Translations under genes and position numbers: made by a program
Shown: piece by piece, positions 12,701 through 23,636 of the stretch
Layout: each line of letters starts with the position of its first letter
How positions within the stretch are numbered: position 1 is the first letter of the stretch
Notes under the pieces: generated by a model
Told to the model about the DNA's origin: nothing
Database searches by the model: none
What the model saw: only the letters and a program-made list of their open reading frames with translations
Assembly: GCA_000708835.1 (NCBI GenBank)
Contig: DF237407.1
Coordinates: 13,414-77,413, forward strand
Length of the DNA: 64,000 bases
Direction: 5' to 3'
Source: Klebsormidium nitens
Lineage: Eukaryota; Plantae; Klebsormidiophyceae

Positions 12701-15700
12701 GACCCCACGCAAAGTTCCTAACCCAGATCTTTGCGCACTCCGCACCCCAACTCACCCAAACCTCCACGCTGACCCCAAACGTCAAATTGGTTTTAAGGCA
12801 CGCTGCTCCCAAGTGATCTAGATTTACCCAACTGAGAATCCGTCCTGGTTCAGGTACGGCTACGATTGGCAGTACTCGGAAGCTGCTAAGAACTTGCTGC
12901 GCACGCACACGACCGCCGTCTCCTCCCGGATGCTCTACAAGCTCGCGCAGGCAAGGGCACGTCCGGATGTCCTTCGTAACCGTGTGTGGTCGTGCTTGCA
13001 GTCAGCTCATGCGTCAAAGTTGTCAACATGGTTGTAGGATGCGACCATATTCCTCTATGTTGTATCCTATGTAAAGTCTCCGTTCGTGTGACTAAGTTTA
13101 GTAAGACCTCAGTTGCAATCAGCCTGTAAAGCAAGTTGAGACTGTGAACTTGACTGAGACTACGTGGCGGGCGCATTGATGTCCTACATGCTTCTTTCCG
13201 GCAGAACAGCTTTTAGCCTGGAGTAGTGCTTCACCAAACCACGCCTTCCTGGTGCAGCGTCCAACATAATTCTCCGCTTTTCCAATCTTTTCTTCTTTGG
13301 CATGAGATATGGAAGACAGAAACATTCCTACCAAATCTTCAGCTTAGACGTCACTTTCTGGCAGACCGCGTCTTTCCGAGTGTCCTCTGGGGTCGCTCTT
13401 AGAAGGTCTATCCCCCTTTGAAACAAAAGATATTTTCGTTCCCCGCTCTGTAGTCGCTCTCCAGAAGGTGATTCCCAGCAGACTCCATCGACCAGACGTG
13501 TCTTACAGAGTTCCACCAACTCAGGGACTCTACTCATCACTAGATTTTTTCTGGTAACAGGACGGCTTCAAGCCTAAAAAGTACTTCTCAATAGACCGCG
13601 TGTTCCGAAACGAAGCCGTCGACCGGACGCATCTGGCGGAGTTCCACCAGATCGAGGGGCTCATCTGCGACCGGGGAGTCACGCTAGGCGACCTTCTAGG
13701 GACCATAGAACAGTTCTTCAGCCGGCTAGGTAGGTGTTGGGGGTTTCGTGGTTCAAGGTCTTCGGTGTTTCGTTGTATGTGTCGTGGGTTGGGTCGTGTG
13801 GATTTCCATTGGCTTCGTAAAGTTGACTCTTTCCTACGTCAAAATTTCTAGATGGAGAGTTGTGCTTCGATCACTGCAGTCTTTGGTTCCTTGGAGTAGG
13901 TAAGCGGTGGAGATCTGTTCAGGTCGCTTGAGTTCAGAATATTTTGTCAAGGCTCACCAACCAGGAACCTGACTGGTTCTTGACCGACTGGCCCTCTTTA
14001 GACCAGTTTCTTGAGCTATTGAGTAGGTAGTCGTGCTCGAGTAGAGGTCGTGGCGCTTTTTTTGTCTGGGTGCTTTTCTGTTCGGTTGGGTTGCAGGGCC
14101 ATGCTTAACCGCTGCCTTGTTTCAGCCGTGCAGCAGATTGTTGAATCTGTCCATATCGATTGTGTGAAAGCGCAGACTTTCCGCTGTAAGCTATCATCAA
14201 TCCAAGATCAAGATTGTTGAGGTGCACAGATGCACACTCCACAATGGTCCGGCCGCCTTCAGAAGAGAGCAGCAGTTTGCAAAGACCAGTAGCGGTGATG
14301 TTTGCAGAGGGATTGATCCCTCTCGGATCGACCGCTGAACCGCTGTCAGTCGCTGAGCGCAGCTTTGTTTGGTTGCAGGAATGAACGAGATTCGCTTCAA
14401 GCCCGCATTCAACCCCTACACGGAACCATCCGCCGAGATCTTCGGGTGAGTTTACCCGCTGTCTTGGTTACGATTACTTGGGGACTGGACCCGTTTTGGC
14501 AGCAGCTTGGTTGCTGGATGAGTGAGCTGTCGGGCGGACTGCGGGTGGTGCAGAACGGCCTTTTTCATATTGATCCCTAAAGCGGGGATGGACCGTCTTG
14601 CTTTCCCTAGGGTCCTTGCTCCCCTCTTAATGGGGTCTCAACACACCATCAGTCAATTCGAAAGTGCAAAGCCTTTCAGGCTTCCCTGATCAGGCTCTCG
14701 CCGACTTGTGCGATGCCAATGTTGAACCAAGATTTATCCTTCCGCAATCGGCCTCTTGACGAAGGCACCCTTTTTCCTTCATGACGTAATCTCCCCAGCC
14801 GAGAAATGGGTCAAGCTGGGCAATAGCAAGACGTTTCAACCGAGATGCGATTTTCCTTTGACTGACGTCATCTCTTCCCATGCTGGCGTCACCAGGTACC
14901 ACCTGCAGCTCAAGAAGTGGGTTGAGCTTGGGAACAGCGAAACGTTCTGGCCCAAATAATATTCCCTTGACTGACGTCATCTTCCCACATGCTGACGGTA
15001 CTCGGTCTCACCCGCAGCTGAAGNNNNNNNNNNNNNNNNNNNNNNNNNNNNNNNNNNNNNNNNNNNNNNNNNNNNNNNNNNNNNNNNNNNNNNNNNNNNN
15101 NNNNNNNNNNNNNNNNNNNNNNNNNNNNNNNNNNNNNNNNNNNNNNNNNNNNNNNNNNNNNNNNNNNNNNNNNNNNNNNNNNNNNNNNNNNNNNNNNNNN
15201 NNNNNNNNNNNNNNNNNNNNNNNNNNNNNNNNNNNNNNNNNCTTATGTTTTTTGTTTCACGTCACCTCTGCCTTTTACTTTGACTGACGTCACTTCCACC
15301 CATGCTGACGTCATCAGGTACCACCCGCAGCTGAAGAAGTGGGTCGAGCTGGGGAACAGCGGGATGTTCCGGCCCGAGATGCTGCAGCCAATGGGCCTTC
15401 CCCCGGACGTCAACGTCATTGCGTGGGGCTTTGGCCTTGAAAGGTGAGCAACAAAGATTCTGGCATTGTTTGCTTGAACCGACAGTCGCTCAAACCAAGA
15501 TCTGAGTGACTGAAACCACTGCACGAAATACTGAAGCGCTCCGTACCCGAATCCACCCTGACCATCAAACCAACCCCTCCTGTTCCCCGGGGGCCTTTCT
15601 TTGCTTACCTTCTTGATACTAAGTAGACGCACTCAAGCATGCCAGATACGCTTTTTCCAGAATCAATCTTAGTTCAAGCGCCTGTTGGATCACCGGAACG

Positions 15701-17075
15701 GTGTCAGACTGCAATAAAGCCCGCAAAGCACGTGCAATGCTGGCCGGATTTAGCGTTGCTGCGAGGAGGCGGCACAGGGTTTACTGACTTGCTTTGGGCA
15801 GTCAACGGCCGCTTGCAAATTGAAGTTGCCCAGTAAGCGCCTCCTTGTAACGTACTCATATGGATCCGGTAAGATTGCAGTTTTGATTTTAGTGAGCTTG
15901 CTTCCTCACGACCATATCCGACTAATTCAAAGTACGTGCATATGGCCAACGAGTGCTGCTCCTTACGACCAACTCTGAAATCTGTTACTGCAACTTCGAA
16001 CTCCTTCACCCGCAGGTTACTCCAAGGCACAGTGAATTGGAAGTTCATGAAAGCTCTGTTTTCTTTCGATATTCGTCGGCCTGTATGATCCAAAGGGTAT
16101 GCTGCCAGACTCGTAAAACCGTACTGCCTAAGTTGACGCTCAAGTGCATCTCCTCTGGCAGGCCGACCATGATCCTCTACAACATCGACAACATCCGGGA
16201 CCTTTTCGGACATAAGGTGAGAGGCATGATTCTGCAGATTTCTACTTCGAACTTCATATCTGAACGTACTCATCACTGTCACTCTCTTTCGCTACTTCAA
16301 AATTAGCAGAAACTAAATGGTTGGTGCCTTTGATCACTTGTGTCCCCCCTCGTGTGCGGAAGAATGAAGACGGGTTTACATTGCTCTACTTAGTGAGTAG
16401 TCCCGCATGATCCTTTTCGGCTGTTCGTAAGCTCAGGTGCCTCTGCGAACCAGTCCAACATAGTTTGACAGCAGGTGTCAACATTTAAGCAAGTTTGGCA
16501 TCTCGTGTTTGTCTATCCTGAAAGTGGGCGTAGGACATGCATGTCCACTTTCCCCGATCTATAGCGCAGAGAGTCCAAAATTGCCGTACTTCCGATCTGG
16601 TCCGTCCAAAAAGAGACGCAGACTCACTAGTTTGCATTTCTCGAGCTTTCAAATCCGACGCCCACTTTAAATTGGAAAGCGAAGAAAGCAGACAATCGAG
16701 AGGTAAACGTGCAGCTTTTTTCTGTAACGGCTTCTCAATTGGTGGAGTCTTCGTAAGAAGAACGGCTCTTGACTTTCAAGGTCAGCGTAGATCTTTCGAA
16801 GGTTGTATCTGGTGGCGAGATTAAAAGTCCTCTCTTAGATGCCGCACATCAGCTTTTTTGAAGTCAACGGAGAAGCAGTTTTAGTGGAAGGTTCAAAACG
16901 CTGAACTGTCATCTCTGCAATCTACCCAAAGTCTTGAAGGACACGAGCGTTCAATATCTCCGCAAGCTTCTGGTATCATTCCGTTTGTACCCTTTTGGTA
17001 CTAACGGTTTGCCTCTGGTTACAGGTAAACCTGAACGTGATCCGCTCCAATCCAATCTGCCGGTTAGGCTACTAG
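6718..17075 (+). CDS. FARSA: Cytosolic phenylalanyl-tRNA synthetase alpha subunit, 17 exons, about 520 aa
   Basis: Exons 6718-6882, 7401-7526, 8287-8457, 8653-8709, 9097-9152, 9671-9763, 10381-10471, 10856-10893, 11258-11296, 11648-11724, 12084-12168, 12854-12950 (GC donor), 13561-13729, 14379-14445, 15318-15443, 16162-16216, 17025-17075 join in frame (1563 nt). Motifs: [95 protein letters not shown]. Confidence 0.97.
14775..15317 (+). repeat. Tandem degenerate copies (about 109 bp) of the acceptor plus 5' end of PheRS exon 15, interrupted by an assembly gap
   Basis: actgacgtca...cag|gtaccac..gcagct.aagaagtggg..gagct.gggaacagc units at about 14779, 14861 and 14970, and the real one at 15283-15360. 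Confidence 0.9.
15024..15241. other. Assembly gap (218 N)
   Basis: Run of N inside the PheRS intron-14 repeat array. Confidence 0.99.
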
Positions 17076-18525
17076 TATTGCGGCTTCTAAGGGAGATAAG
17101 CCGGGGTCAGGAAAGAAGGGTTGTCTATGCTGAATCAGGAGCAGAACGACAGAGTCTTATGCTACTGCTGAAGCTACAAGTTTCGCTACGAGGTGTCTCA
17201 GAATGCCATGCGCAGCCGTCGAGAGCTTGCCGAGTTCAGGGTTTCACTGGCGGTAGGCAATAAACCAGGACCGACGAGTCTTGCAAAGGTCAATGCATTG
17301 GTACGTGCTCGTCGGCTTGGAGTGTACGGCTGTTCAAAGATCGATCAATCGGACTCACCTTCGTTTGAAGGCCAATGAAAGTCGGCCATTGTTTGTTTCA
17401 ATGCGCATGCGGCTCCAATGCGAGCATGTCACCACACAGGGTACTAAGTAAGTATGTTCCGAGGTTCAATGGATATTGGCTCAGTTGAAGATTGGGCGAG
17501 GAAAAGCCTGGCAGTGATGCTGGCCTAGTCTGGCACTAGTAATGATTGTATATTATGGTCGAATTAACAAACGGTGCGTTGTGGTGATCATCTTGGGTCC
17601 AAAGTCCAACAGTTACGGCAATCGTGTAAGGCCACTGCAGCTCAATCACCCTACGTACCAGGGCGGTATTGTTGATCAGCTTATGTCCGCGCGACGGCGA
17701 GCAATGATGCATGACGTGAAGCTCGTTCTTCGATTGCCGGTGATGGAAAGCTCAATATCGAGCAGTACGCGGTCTTGGCGGCGTCCGCATGCATCTTCGG
17801 CCCAGCCATTCTTTTCTAGTAGGCTGTGCATATCTTAAAATGATGACCCTCTTAGTACGGATGTAACCGGCCGGACGGTTGCCTGGCAATATGTACATGG
17901 ATCTATGTACATAGATAGCTGGATTCAGCAATATCTTAATGCAAAGTCGATTATAAGGTACTACCGTACCAACAGGCTTTGAACATGCAAGAACTCATGA
18001 GGATCCAAGCGCATATATCACTCAGATTGATGACTGGCGCTAGATATGTGCAGTGTCGGGCCGGGAGGCGGGCACGCCTGGCATTACGCACTCTTTAGAT
18101 TAACAATTGGAAGTCAGCTATAGGTACATAATTCTGCGACGGTGACGTTTATGCAACGCTCGACGGTCATGGTCTATACATATACGGTATCTTGTTATGC
18201 AAATTTGAATGATCATCAGTGGTAAGTTCTTTTGAGTGTGCGACGGTCTTTGGCTTCGCACATAATCGGACTACCTACTACTAGCCTCGTGCGCACTGAG
18301 CTTGTTTTTTGAAATTTGAAGGCCTCAGTATACTTCAATGGTAATGGTACTAAAAAGTTGATACAATAGGACGTCACACTCAGCTTCGCCGGCACGGCCG
18401 CTCGCGGGTCAATCGCTGAGTCCATCGGAGCTAGTCCCGGGCCCGTCAGATGATCGCCAGCGGCGGCCGGCCAGCCTACCGTGAACTTGTCTCGATTTCA
18501 TGTTGACAAATTGGGAGGGCGCCCG

Positions 18526-18939
18526 GGGGACAGGTAAGGTTGGTTTGGAGGTTAGGGAGGGTACGAGTGAGGAGCTTGTCAATTTTGGGTTAAAATGTTT
18601 TAGCTTTGTTTGGTCCCCGAGCACTGTTCTTAATCAACATGCTCTTCTCAAAATGAAATTGAGAAGTACCGGTACGTGTCTACCGTGACCATGACGGCCG
18701 ACTCCCGACTCCCGAGTCCCGACGCTCGGAACAAATTCAAAGGACCAGACCGGCGGCGGCGGGTATCTCTCGATGTAGTGATGATTGATCAGTAAGCCCA
18801 GTGAACAGTAATCATTTTGGGGCTACTAAAATTCCTAACCCAAAGGATCACCCGCTCCGCACCCGTACCCACCCTAACCCCCTAGCTAACCCTACCCGTC
18901 TCCGTTAGTGTTCACTGGCTGTTGCTGTTCACTACATCG
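18526..18939. mobile_element. Non-autonomous foldback/MITE-like element with long imperfect inverted arms and an inner short TIR pair
   Basis: 18526-18630 (ggggacaggtaaggttggtttggaggttagggagggtacgagtgaggagc...) matches the reverse complement of 18803-18905. 18771-18806 (cgatgtagtga...ccagtgaac) is inverted relative to 18910-18939. No TSD identified. Confidence 0.5.
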
Positions 18940-19992
18940 ATCGGGATCGGCGGGAGACCGATCGGGATCAGTGCTAAGTAATCATTGAGATGTTGATACA
19001 ACAATTACCATGACAAAACCGCTAATCACGCCGCGGCGAGCGGATCAGGCCTGCGGAGCCGCTACTGCCCTTTCGGTACGCCGTACGCTACGGTTGTTCG
19101 TCGTTTAACTGCTCTGTCGGAATTCGAGTCAGGATTCAGGATATGGTCAGGTCCGCTAGGACTCAGGACATGTTTAACTTCAACCTTCTGTGGGATAGGA
19201 GTCAGGACACCAGTTTTCTGGCGTTGTCGAAAACGACAAAGAACCTTTCGATGGCAACAGCCTTCGATGCGAAATGTCGGATGTGTCAGCACTCAGGAGT
19301 CAGGACTCTGCAGCGCCGTCCAGGCTCCTCCGCCGCCGGTCCTACCGTAGCCTGTAGGGCAAAATCGCCTTCCGGCTGTGCAGTGTGCAGTGTGCAGTGT
19401 GCATCAAATGCATTTGATGCCGGAATCTGGAGATTCAGGTACTGTACCTACGTCCCTATTTAATGTACCGTAATAAACCGTATACCGGTACGGTAATGTT
19501 TCACAAGCATATTCAGGCCCTTAATTTTTAATTTCAGGGTACGTACTACCCGGTATGGGACCCGGCCCCCGGGTACAGTGAAAACAATCTGAAGTACCGG
19601 TACGTACCTACTTCGAAAATTTGTCGGATGTCCATCCGACGATTTCCAATCTGTGGCTTTCAGCGGCGGCAGCATTCAGCCTTCAAAGTTCAGGCCACGA
19701 TCCAACAGATCCTGACATGGCAACATGTATGGTATCATCATGGCAACATGCTTCGGTAGCTGTGCGTCCCATACCAGTCCCTTCACGAATCTGTCAGCTG
19801 GGTCCTGATCACTAGTGCCAGCTCAGTACCTAGTATACCTAGATGTGATTGCACTGATTCCAATGTACCGGCACCGTAGCTTCTGCCCATCTCCTCAAAA
19901 GGAGCTCAAGATCGCCCTACTTTTCATAATTTCTGTATCGTTCTTCTTTGCTTCCTTTACGGCCTCTTTACGGCCCATCCCTCAGGTTCTCA

Positions 19993-22900
19993 ATGGCGGC
20001 GAGTCAGCTCCTCACCTCCGCCCTCCTGGCCCTCTGCCTCGTATCCGCCGCTGTTGCTACCCGTGACATCATCACCGATGCAGTCGACTCACAGGGCTCT
20101 CAAACGGTCCCTGTAGCTGTCTTCAACGAGGCATTGCACTCGTTTGAGTTCTTCAATGAGACTGTGGAGGCGCCCCGCAGGAAGGCTCTGGGCCTTGGTC
20201 AAAGCGCACGGGTCACGGTGACCTTCTACAACCAGCCCGGCATGGATTGCGAAACAGGTAAGCCTTCTGCTCTGAAGCCTAACTCAGGCTTCATCAATCT
20301 GTAGCTGATCAGTATACATGGTGTATATTGATTAGCTGCTTGCATAGGTCTGCCTCTGATGCTGCCAGGACTGCACAGATTGGTAACATATGTTGGTTCA
20401 TTAAGAAAAGTAGGAGTGTGCAGGATTGGAGGGGGGTCTCAAAATGAATGTCCCAGCTCAATGAGACCAGAATGTAGCTGTCGAGGAGCTTGATCATTCT
20501 TCCCTCAGGCTTGAGCACAATGCATCTGCTTCCAGTATGTCCTCTTGTTTGTAGATCTTACATCTTGCCCAGTACGATCCGCCATACGTCCGTGTATAGA
20601 TGCTGTCATTGGACTACTTGAATCAGTTCTTGCATTGGGCGGGTGAAGACTTGCTGCCACCGAATGAAACGTATTGTCCCATTGTGTGCTGCCTGCTTGA
20701 TCAGGCTGCAAAGGTTGAACCAGCTTGCATTGTGCCTTCCATGCTGCTGTATTGTTAGTAATGGATCAAAGTCTCTTGCCCTTTTCAGGCAATGGGCAGT
20801 GCGGGTACGGCAATGACGTCACCGGCGACGCCTACGGAAATGGCGGTCCTTTCCTGGAGACATCTCTCTGTAAGTTGAAATTCCAATACGGCTCTTATAT
20901 CATCTGCCTCGCACTGATTGCTCCTATATTCAATCGGATCTGCTAAGTGCTCAACATAAGCTGCCCAATACTAGCTTCTCTGGTTTTCAAATTGAGGGAA
21001 GACAGGGGTCAGCTGCCTCTCAGGCACTTTCTATGTAAGCTGCTGACGCCTCTGAGCTGTCTGTAGACACCAATTAAAAGAATGCAAGATCGTGTGGTGG
21101 CCTTTTAAGCATGTGCCCTCATTAGATACTGGCAGCACGGATTGACCCAGCCTACTTGTATAGGCTATCTATGCATAGATTTGACGATGGCACAGATCCC
21201 TATGAGCAATCAGTCTATGCACACCTCAACATCTTTCCAGTGGCTTGCATCTCTCGGATATCCAGTAGAATACAGGGCTCACAAAAAGCTTGACTCTGAG
21301 AATGGAGAACCTTAAAAACCTTGCTAAATCTGAATCAATCAGTGCCTCCACGCGTGCAGACCCGTACCACGCTGCATCCGGCAACTACGACTACCTCGGC
21401 GGCTGCGGATCGTGCGGCGTCCTCAGCTACAACGGCAAGTCACGTGGCTTCGTTATCACTGACATCACCGATGACGACTCCCAGCAGGGCAGGGATCACC
21501 ACATCGACCTGTGCCTTGGGTCCTTCAACTACTTCACTAACGGCGCTGCGGGAAACGGTGGTCACGGGGGTATCTTCTCGGGCACGTGGACCAGAGTGGA
21601 CTGCTCGTGCATGGGCGCACCCAGTAAGACACCGTAGCCTGGCTACTGCTTACAAGACTTTACTGAGTATCACTAAGATCTTTCCTTCAGTCTTCCAAGT
21701 TCACTAAGGTCTTTCTTCTGAGTCTTCTAATCCTACTGAGGTCTTTTCTTCTAAGTCTACTCAGGCCTTCTCTTCTAAGTCCTCTGAGTCTCACTAAGGC
21801 CTTTTCTTCCGAGTCTTCCAAGTCTACTACAGTCTTTTCTTCGAAGTCTACCATGTTTTACTAAGGTCTTGTCTTGAGAGTCATTCAAGTCTACTAGGTC
21901 TTACTAAGGCCCTTTCTTGCCTGCAAAACTCGACGAATCTCTTTGCGGCAGGACTGGCCTCGCACGCCCTCACTACTCCCCTTGACGAAGCTTCAAGCTG
22001 TTTCAGGATCTCTTGAGTACCTCTCCCAGTTGCCCGCATAGCTGGAATCTTCTTGCGCAGATTAGCGTCATGTTGTCATATGTCGTCATACGGAACAAAT
22101 CACCCCCTCACCTTGTTCTCGACCCCAGGTTGTAAATCACTATCAACCGAAACCTCCTCTCTTTCAGATCAGCGCTGGACTAGATCCTCACTGCCATTAA
22201 TGTTCAAAGTTACTTGGATCAAGTTCTGATTTGTAGCGCATGTGCCCTTGCAGACTACCCCGACAGTGCCATCGTCGTCCGCACCCAAGTCTACAACCAG
22301 TGGGCGCAGGCTGTGGTCATCTCTCGGCTTGGTGGTGTTGGGGAAATCGCCAGTGTCAACTTCAGGACCCGCAACGGCGGCTTCACTCGCGGTGCCCGGG
22401 TGAACGGGTAAGGCGCCTGTTTCTTTTGCTTTCTTCTTTTGATTTGCGTTCTTTGTTCTCTTTGTCTTCTTTGTTTTGCTTGCTCGAATGAGCTACGCAA
22501 ATCGATCGGCAGTGTCAACTTCAGATCACGCAACGGCGGCTTCAATCACGGCGCTCGGGTGAACGGGTGGGGCGCCTGGCTGATTTTTGGATTCGCTTTC
22601 TTTCCTTTCTTCTTTCTTTATTTTTGTTTTGCTTTATTCAGCTTTGTTTTCAATGCGTATACCCTAAGTAAAACCGAGCTCGTTAGCTGGAGCATCACTT
22701 CGGGACTACTCGCGATAAGATTCTCGGTGAAAGGCATTGACATGTTGAGCCTCCGAGAGCCACGAAAGCCATAAGCAGAAAACGTTCGTTCTCTCCTGGC
22801 GAGGGCATAAAAAGTGGCAACAGAAAAAAAGATAAGGCGTTAGCCTGCATCGATCTGCTTTTTCTGTCTGCATCGAGAAGAGAAAGAAAGGGGGCGTTTC

Positions 22901-23636
22901 TGCTTGCATCCAAAATAAAGAAAAGAGGGGCTTTTCAGAGGGGGTATATCTGCTTGTATCGATAAAAACGGAAGAGGGGCTATTCTGCTTGCATATATAA
23001 AAGGACGAAGAGGGGCTATTTTTGCGGCGCGCTTCCGAGTTCTGTTTTAACTGCTTGCATCCAAAAGAAAGGAAAGATCGGGGCGTTTCTGCTTGCATCT
23101 AAAACCGAAGGAAGAGGGGCTTTTTCTGCGGCGCTTAATTTTCCTAGTTCTGCTCGCATCCAAAAGAACTGAAAGAGGGGCTTGCCTGCTTGCAATAAAA
23201 AAAGGGCGTTTCTGCTCGCATCCAAAGGAGAAGAAAGATGGGGATATGTAACAAATGACGTCATTTGTACAAGAAGCTGACGCGGACGCAGGTGGGGCGT
23301 GTGGTGGATGTTCGTCTCGTGCCTGGCCGCTAAAGCCCTGGTTACCACCCAAGCACGGTTCTTGGCCGTGTAACCAATTCCTAACGAGCCCATAATCATC
23401 CCAGAACCATCCCATAACCATCCATGGTTAAGGACCAAACTACTGTTTGTGGACGCAGGTGGGGCACGTGGTGGATGCCCACCGAGGGCCTGGCCGGAAA
23501 GGGCGGGGTGGACCTTCTCATCACTCTGAAGGACGGCAACTCAATGTCGACCACGGACTACCCCCTCGCGGACGCCAGTCAGTGGAGAACCGGCGCCATC
23601 TACAACATCTACAAAAATGTCCCGGCTGCGTGCTAA
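19993..23636 (+). CDS. Secreted expansin-family protein (DPBB domain plus beta-sandwich domain), 5 exons, about 313 aa
   Basis: Exons 19993-20257, 20789-20869, 21360-21623, 22254-22407, 23459-23636 are in frame (942 nt). Signal peptide MAASQLLTSALLALCLVSAAVA; GQCGYG, GGCGSCG, HIDLC (HFD-like); domain 2 VISRLGGVGEIASV and RVNGWGTWW, matching the expansin pattern GGAGD...V...R.WG..W. Confidence 0.85.
21650..21915 (+). repeat. Degenerate minisatellite in expansin intron 3
   Basis: Roughly eight to ten iterations of (ct)actaaggtcttttcttc, often followed by (c)gagtcttccaagtct. Confidence 0.8.
22510..22600 (+). repeat. Copy of the 3' end plus donor region of expansin exon 4
   Basis: cagtgtcaacttcagatcacgcaacggcggcttcaatcacggcgctcgggtgaacgg|gtggggcgcctgg versus real 22351-22420; offset 159 bp. 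Confidence 0.9.
22845..23240 (+). repeat. About 40 bp minisatellite in expansin intron 4
   Basis: About nine to ten degenerate units of aaagaggggc(g/t)tttctgcttgcatccaaaa(g)aa. Confidence 0.85.
23278..23340 (+). repeat. Copy of the acceptor plus 5' end of expansin exon 5
   Basis: ggacgcag|gtggggcgtgtggtggatgttcgtctcgtgcctggccg versus real ggacgcag|gtggggcacgtggtggatgcccaccgagggcctggccg; offset 167 bp. Confidence 0.88.

Noticed and set aside
17500-17545. Hairpin plus CTAG as a Helitron 3' end
   Set aside because: Weak hairpin, no matching 5' TC end or Rep/helicase remnants; it lies just downstream of PheRS.
22845-23240. Regular ~40 bp repeats as a CRISPR array
   Set aside because: Units are degenerate and abut without unique spacers; there are no cas genes, and the array is inside a eukaryotic intron.
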